Assembly (NCBI RefSeq): GCF_001457815.1
Contig: NZ_LN898221.1
Span: 115,519-147,518 of the forward strand
DNA: 32,000 nt
Source: Vitreoscilla massiliensis
Lineage (GTDB): Bacteria; Pseudomonadota; Gammaproteobacteria; Burkholderiales; Neisseriaceae
Direction: 5' to 3'
Shown: positions 28,071-32,000 of the stretch, in pieces
Position numbering within the stretch: the stretch's first letter is position 1
How the letters are laid out: the number at the start of each line of letters is the position of its first letter
Program-made: the position numbers and the translations under genes
The notes under the pieces: generated by a model
The model's database searches: none
Seen by the model: the letters and a program-made list of their open reading frames with translations, nothing else
Told to the model about the DNA's origin: nothing

Positions 28071-28183
28071 TTCGTTACACAGTTTATTGCTTCTTGTGGT
28101 GGGTAAATTTTATAGCCTGTGTTTTCAATAGCATCTTCACTTTTGTAACAGATAAATTTACAAAAAATGAGGTGAAATTATGA
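28067..28183 (+). CDS. 38-aa hydrophobic peptide
   Basis: MIRYTVYCFLWWVNFIACVFNSIFTFVTDKFTKNEVKL. It has ATGA overlaps with both neighbours and is bracketed by a 21-bp direct repeat. Confidence 0.3.
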   Translation: MIRYTVYCFLWWVNFIACVFNSIFTFVTDKFTKNEVKL

Positions 28184-29655
28184 TTCTTTCTCCAAAACAG
28201 CTTTACATGCTTGACCCCAAAGCACGCAAATCTAAACCACTAAATACAGACAAAAAAGCCCCTGTGCTGGAGTTCGTCGACCCATTAAACCAATCGGATA
28301 AATTTGCCGCGTTCGGCGGTATAGGTCGCGCAAGCGACCAGAGCGCCGTCGCTGCGGGCGATAGCCCCCCGTTATGTAACACGGGGGGAACATCAGAAGC
28401 TGTTTTTTATGCCATTGGTTTGCAAAACCACGGCGAAAAACAAAAGCAAAAACTCTTTAAACGCGGCTTGGATGGCATCGCCTTTATAGACACCCTCACC
28501 TTTACCCTGTCTGAGGACGTTTTTATCCCCGATACCGAAATGCCCGAACCCGAAGTGATTGCCAACAACATCAGCGCATTTTTATACAGCATCTTCGGTT
28601 TCGGTTTGGTCGCCAAGTGCAACGGCTTGCACGGCTATCAAATCAGTTTCTTGATGGGTCAAGCCAACGCCGAATATGGCCGTGCCGCCTTTTGGGGCAA
28701 CAAAAACACGGTTTACATCAACCTTACTGGCTTGGGGCTAACAATGGCTGCAGATGGTTGGGAAGAACGCCTGTATGATTTTTTTCAGACCCATGCCCCT
28801 GAAGCCAAGATTACCCGCATTGACCTGTCTCACGACTTCTTAAATGGTGAGTACAGCATCGACCAGTGTTTTCAAGACTGGAAAGACGGCAAATTCAAAA
28901 ACATTAAATCAGCCCGAAACCCAGTGGCCGAACAGTTCGGCACCGATTGGCTTAACGACACCAAAACAGGTCGCACCCTGTACATCGGTTCTGCGAAGTC
29001 CGACAAGCGTTTGATGGCATACGAAAAAGGCAAACAACTCGGCGACCCCAATAGCCCTTGGGTACGTCTTGAACTGCGCATGCGCAACCACAAGCTCACC
29101 TTACCGCATGAAATGCTTATAAACCCTAGCCCGTTCTTTGTCGGTGCTTACGATGCCATAAACGACATTTTCAGCAATTACAACTTGAAAACCGACAAAC
29201 CAGCGGTCAAGCAAAAAAAAAAGGATTTGGGCATTTTGCATGTAACCAAGTACGCCAAGATGCAAGTTTCCCCTGCTCTGAAGCTGCTTACTGAAGAACT
29301 CGGACTGACCAAAGAACAAGCCTTTGACAGCCTGTTCAATGATAAATGCAAGATGCCCAAACGCTTGCTTAAAGATGGTTTAACAGACAGCACTGAAATG
29401 ACGTATTTCCATGAATTTGGCCGTTTACCGCAGTCGATTGAGGACATGACCCGAATTTACAAAATTGATTTAGTACGCAGCAACGACAAACCGTATTGGA
29501 TGACAGACGAAGAATACCAACGCTTACACCCTGAAAACATACTGACCGTACAAGACACACACGACACTTACTTTGACTTTACAAAACCACTTTCTAATCC
29601 GATTGGAGCTAAAAATGTTAATTCTGCAATGCACTTTACTCAACATCATCGATAA
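28180..29655 (+). CDS. replication initiation protein, Rep_trans (RstA/pT181 RepC-like) family
   Basis: 491 aa. It contains the motifs AFIDTLTFTL, ITRIDLSHDF, LYIGSAKSDKRLMAYEKG and WVRLELRMRN, which I recall as typical of phage Rep_trans initiators. GAGGTG lies upstream. Confidence 0.75.
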   Translation: MILSPKQLYMLDPKARKSKPLNTDKKAPVLEFVDPLNQSDKFAAFGGIGRASDQSAVAAGDSPPLCNTGGTSEAVFYAIGLQNHGEKQKQKLFKRGLDGIAFIDTLTFTLSEDVFIPDTEMPEPEVIANNISAFLYSIFGFGLVAKCNGLHGYQISFLMGQANAEYGRAAFWGNKNTVYINLTGLGLTMAADGWEERLYDFFQTHAPEAKITRIDLSHDFLNGEYSIDQCFQDWKDGKFKNIKSARNPVAEQFGTDWLNDTKTGRTLYIGSAKSDKRLMAYEKGKQLGDPNSPWVRLELRMRNHKLTLPHEMLINPSPFFVGAYDAINDIFSNYNLKTDKPAVKQKKKDLGILHVTKYAKMQVSPALKLLTEELGLTKEQAFDSLFNDKCKMPKRLLKDGLTDSTEMTYFHEFGRLPQSIEDMTRIYKIDLVRSNDKPYWMTDEEYQRLHPENILTVQDTHDTYFDFTKPLSNPIGAKNVNSAMHFTQHHR

Positions 29656-29905
29656 ACCTGAAACCGTCAACCGTCAAACAGGCGAAGTCATTCCAGCTAA
29701 AAAAGTGTTACAGGTTCAAGACCAAACACGCCAAAAAGACGGCCAAATCAAGTTCATGCAACACGATTTGTCGTTCACAGGCAATGCCGACATTTTTAAG
29801 GGCTTGGTAGGCAAAGAAGTTCATATCAATGTTTCTGCATACTCAAAAGACCAGTTTAACGTTGGTTACACCATGCTAGGTCTACACGGTAAACAAACAG
29901 ATTAA
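29615..29905 (+). CDS. ssDNA-binding protein candidate (gV position)
   Basis: 96 aa starting from the ATG at 29615, preceded by GGAG. It overlaps the Rep 3' end by 41 nt. The call rests on position and size only. Confidence 0.4.
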   Translation: MLILQCTLLNIIDKPETVNRQTGEVIPAKKVLQVQDQTRQKDGQIKFMQHDLSFTGNADIFKGLVGKEVHINVSAYSKDQFNVGYTMLGLHGKQTD

Positions 29906-30014
29906 GCCATTTGGGGGCGTGGCTTTGGCACTTTCGCAGCCCCCACAAACCAAGCTTTAAAACTTGGGGCGGTTTTAAACCTTGCCGAATCTGCCCCAAG
30001 TATTGAGGTTTGCT

Positions 30015-30317
30015 ATGTCAGATTATTGGGATATTGATGATTCAACAGGTGAAATTGACATTGATGGCAATGTTTATCGCAATGAATCGTTCAGAGAAAC
30101 ACAAGACGGTGAAATTGAAGAGTTAACAGACAAAGGCTGGGAATACTCAGCCATGAATGACTTTGCTCTTGAATTTGAACATGATGAGGATGGAAATATT
30201 GTGGGTTCTCATCAGGTTGATGCTGATGGTAATGAGCTTGAAAGCTTTGATTTGAATTTTGGTGATGAAGAAAGTTTTGATTTGGATTTTGGTGATGAAG
30301 GGGATTTGAATTGGTAG
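30015..30317 (+). CDS. extremely acidic small phage protein (YWDIDD motif) with internal tandem repeat
   Basis: 100 aa starting from the ATG at 30015, preceded by TGAGGT. It is homologous to 16225..16443. The C-terminus carries the duplicated ESFDL(N/D)FGDE. Confidence 0.6.
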   Translation: MSDYWDIDDSTGEIDIDGNVYRNESFRETQDGEIEELTDKGWEYSAMNDFALEFEHDEDGNIVGSHQVDADGNELESFDLNFGDEESFDLDFGDEGDLNW

Positions 30318-30369
30318 TTTTACGGGAAGCAAACACCCTATTTTGTTTGCAAATTTTGGAGAACGTCTT

Positions 30370-30600
30370 ATGAAAAACGTAACTAAAAAAGCTGGCATCT
30401 CAACTGCCGTTGCAACTGCTTTGACTGTTTCTGCGCCTGCTGCTATGGCTGCTGATGCTTTTACTTTGGATACCACTGCTGTTGTAGCCGCTGCTGCTGT
30501 TATTTTGGGTGCTGTTGGTGTGATTGGTTCTGCTTTTATGATGATTCCTGCAGCTATCAAAGGCTGGGGTGTTGTTAAAGCAATCATCTTCCGCAGTTAA
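30370..30600 (+). CDS. major coat protein (pVIII-like)
   Basis: 76 aa starting from the ATG at 30370, preceded by GGAGA. The signal peptide ends AMA-AD. The mature peptide has an acidic N-terminus, a hydrophobic core and a basic C-terminus (KGWGVVKAIIFRS). Confidence 0.8.
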   Translation: MKNVTKKAGISTAVATALTVSAPAAMAADAFTLDTTAVVAAAAVILGAVGVIGSAFMMIPAAIKGWGVVKAIIFRS

Positions 30601-30608
30601 GGTGTGAT

Positions 30609-30881
30609 ATGGGCTACTTTGTTGATGGTGTGTGTGTATCTACCAAGGAGCAGGCAGAAGCCATGCTGTATAGCAAGGTAGCCCCTGTAATCACAGAAAA
30701 CGGCGTTAAGCAGTTGGACTATATAAACGGGCAGTATGTTTTTGAAAGCCAAGTCTTAACGTCTGTTTTTCCTGAATGTTCACAGGCTGCAAACTTCATA
30801 CAAGGTGCACAATTCGGCCTGTATATCGGTTTGTTCTTTGCAGCAGCTTACGGTTTTATTGCAATGAAAAGGGCCATGTGA
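30609..30881 (+). CDS. conserved inovirus protein with C-terminal TM anchor (homolog of 15718..15993)
   Basis: 90 aa, homologous at the N-terminus and in overall architecture to the prophage 1 protein. Confidence 0.5.
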   Translation: MGYFVDGVCVSTKEQAEAMLYSKVAPVITENGVKQLDYINGQYVFESQVLTSVFPECSQAANFIQGAQFGLYIGLFFAAAYGFIAMKRAM

Positions 30882-30961
30882 TGACTTTCCAAGACCCTTA
30901 TTTCCTAGCTGGTTTTATATCTGTCCTTGGCTTCGCTTGGATATTTTTCTCAAGGCTCTGA
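30881..30961 (+). CDS. 26-aa hydrophobic peptide (pVII/pIX-like candidate)
   Basis: MTFQDPYFLAGFISVLGFAWIFFSRL. It has 1-nt TGATG-type overlaps with both neighbours. It occupies the same position as 15635..15709 in prophage 1. Confidence 0.35.
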   Translation: MTFQDPYFLAGFISVLGFAWIFFSRL

Positions 30962-32000
30962 TGATGAAATATTTGATAAGCATTCTTCTACTGTTTATTT
31001 CTTTTCAAGCAAATGCTGTCAATTACCTCGGCTTTGGCGGCGGCAATTATGTGTATGCTGAACAAGGTAATCTGTATTTCAACATTGACGAGTATGCATT
31101 TGATAACAGGGCTTGGACATATGATGGTCAAAAGTTCACAAGTCAAATTAGTATCAAAATGGATTTAAAAACAAAGTACACGTCAGATTGGTATGAACAA
31201 GTATTAGTAAACAAAAAATCAGATGGTTTTATGTATGCAAATTATATTAAGCATCCATTTCATTATCAAAATCGTGGTGACTATCAAAAAGTTTTTTGGC
31301 AAAGATATGCGGCTGCGGCAGTTGGTGGGCAAATCGTAAGAACTGCATCATTTGGAGCTTTTAAAGGATTTATAAAAAATAACTTTCCAAAATTTGCTGC
31401 TACTGTAATCGGTAGTTATTTTATTTCTCTTGGAGTTGCTGATAGTGTTAATTGTGAATCAGGTGATTGTAAGCAAACAGTTGAATATATGTATGTTTCA
31501 AAAGTAGTCAATCCCTCAACACAGCAAGTAGTGACAACTAATACGATTTACGCCACTCGTGATGAATATGTCAGTCACGAAAAACTCATTGCTGTTGTTC
31601 AGTCTAAATTAAAACCTGTTAACTCTAATGGTTCAACGCTTGAATATTGTAATGTTAATGTCAATGTGAATTGTTATTACAAACGTCCTTCACCTCAGAC
31701 CGGCTATGACGGTTATGCGTTTTCATGGTCTACTTTACCTTCAAAATTAACTGAAGAAAGACTGGTTCAAGATAGGGACTTGCTTAAATACTTTGATGAA
31801 GTCTGTGCAAAATTTCCAAGCGAATGCATTAACGAACCTAGTGATGGTAAAAAAATTAACGATGTTCAATTGACTGCAGGCAGTATTAGCGGTGGGGTTA
31901 GTGTTACCGGTCCACCTTACACAAATCCTATAACTGGTAAAGCAGAGCAAGATCAAGTGGTTATAGGTGGCACAAATTCTGGTATTGGTGTGCCATCTTC
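30961..32000 (+). CDS. pIII-like adsorption/minor coat protein, 3'-truncated by the window end
   Basis: This frame is open from the ATG at 30961 to the window end, so it is not in the ORF track. The product MMKYLISILLLFISFQANAVNYLGFGGGNYVYAEQGNLYFN... parallels 14074..15633. Confidence 0.7.
   Translation, partial: MMKYLISILLLFISFQANAVNYLGFGGGNYVYAEQGNLYFNIDEYAFDNRAWTYDGQKFTSQISIKMDLKTKYTSDWYEQVLVNKKSDGFMYANYIKHPFHYQNRGDYQKVFWQRYAAAAVGGQIVRTASFGAFKGFIKNNFPKFAATVIGSYFISLGVADSVNCESGDCKQTVEYMYVSKVVNPSTQQVVTTNTIYATRDEYVSHEKLIAVVQSKLKPVNSNGSTLEYCNVNVNVNCYYKRPSPQTGYDGYAFSWSTLPSKLTEERLVQDRDLLKYFDEVCAKFPSECINEPSDGKKINDVQLTAGSISGGVSVTGPPYTNPITGKAEQDQVVIGGTNSGIGVPS

Larger units (their letters stand above)
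27198..32000 (+). mobile_element. filamentous (Inoviridae) prophage 2, truncated by the window end
   Basis: It has a divergent repressor followed by one plus-strand operon with ATGA overlaps. The order is small ORFs, Rep_trans-type initiator, ssDNA-binding candidate, acidic protein, major coat, minor proteins and pIII-like. The structural genes are homologous to prophage 1. I saw no DUS copies in it. Confidence 0.85.

Overview
The window looks like chromosome from a Neisseriaceae-like betaproteobacterium. This is inferred from a DUS-like 11-mer, GCGGCCTGTAA, present at least 20 times, mostly as inverted pairs that form terminators. Housekeeping genes occupy 1-11 kb: trxB, waaF, a small zinc-finger protein, ilvE, lapA-lapB-pyrF, hldA-hldD, a Dyp peroxidase, a glutathione peroxidase and an SRPBCC protein. 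More housekeeping genes occupy 18.4-26.6 kb: nhaC, hppD, a secreted C13-like peptidase, sstT, and a 7TMR-DISM histidine kinase with a NarL-type regulator. Two visibly AT-richer blocks in which I saw no DUS copies interrupt this backbone. Both are filamentous (Inoviridae, Nf/MDA-like) prophages in inverted orientation. Prophage 1 (about 11.3-18.3 kb, minus strand) runs from an HUH-type Rep through coat, pIII-like and Zot genes, and ends with an IS110-family (DEDD) transposase flanked by hairpin-rich non-coding DNA. Prophage 2 (27.2 kb to beyond the window end, plus strand) has a near-identical morphogenesis module. Its replication module is unrelated (Rep_trans type) and it carries a divergent XRE-like repressor. 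It starts 24 bp from a near-perfect 28-bp XerC/XerD dif site at 27170-27197. A second site with a perfect XerD arm lies 413 bp upstream. The main leads are: two sibling inoviruses that apparently use different integration routes, IS110 transposase versus Xer/dif; a candidate bridge-RNA, att or packaging region next to the IS110 recombinase; a possible new DUS dialect; and conserved, extremely acidic small phage proteins. All product calls rest on motifs read from the translations. No database search was possible.
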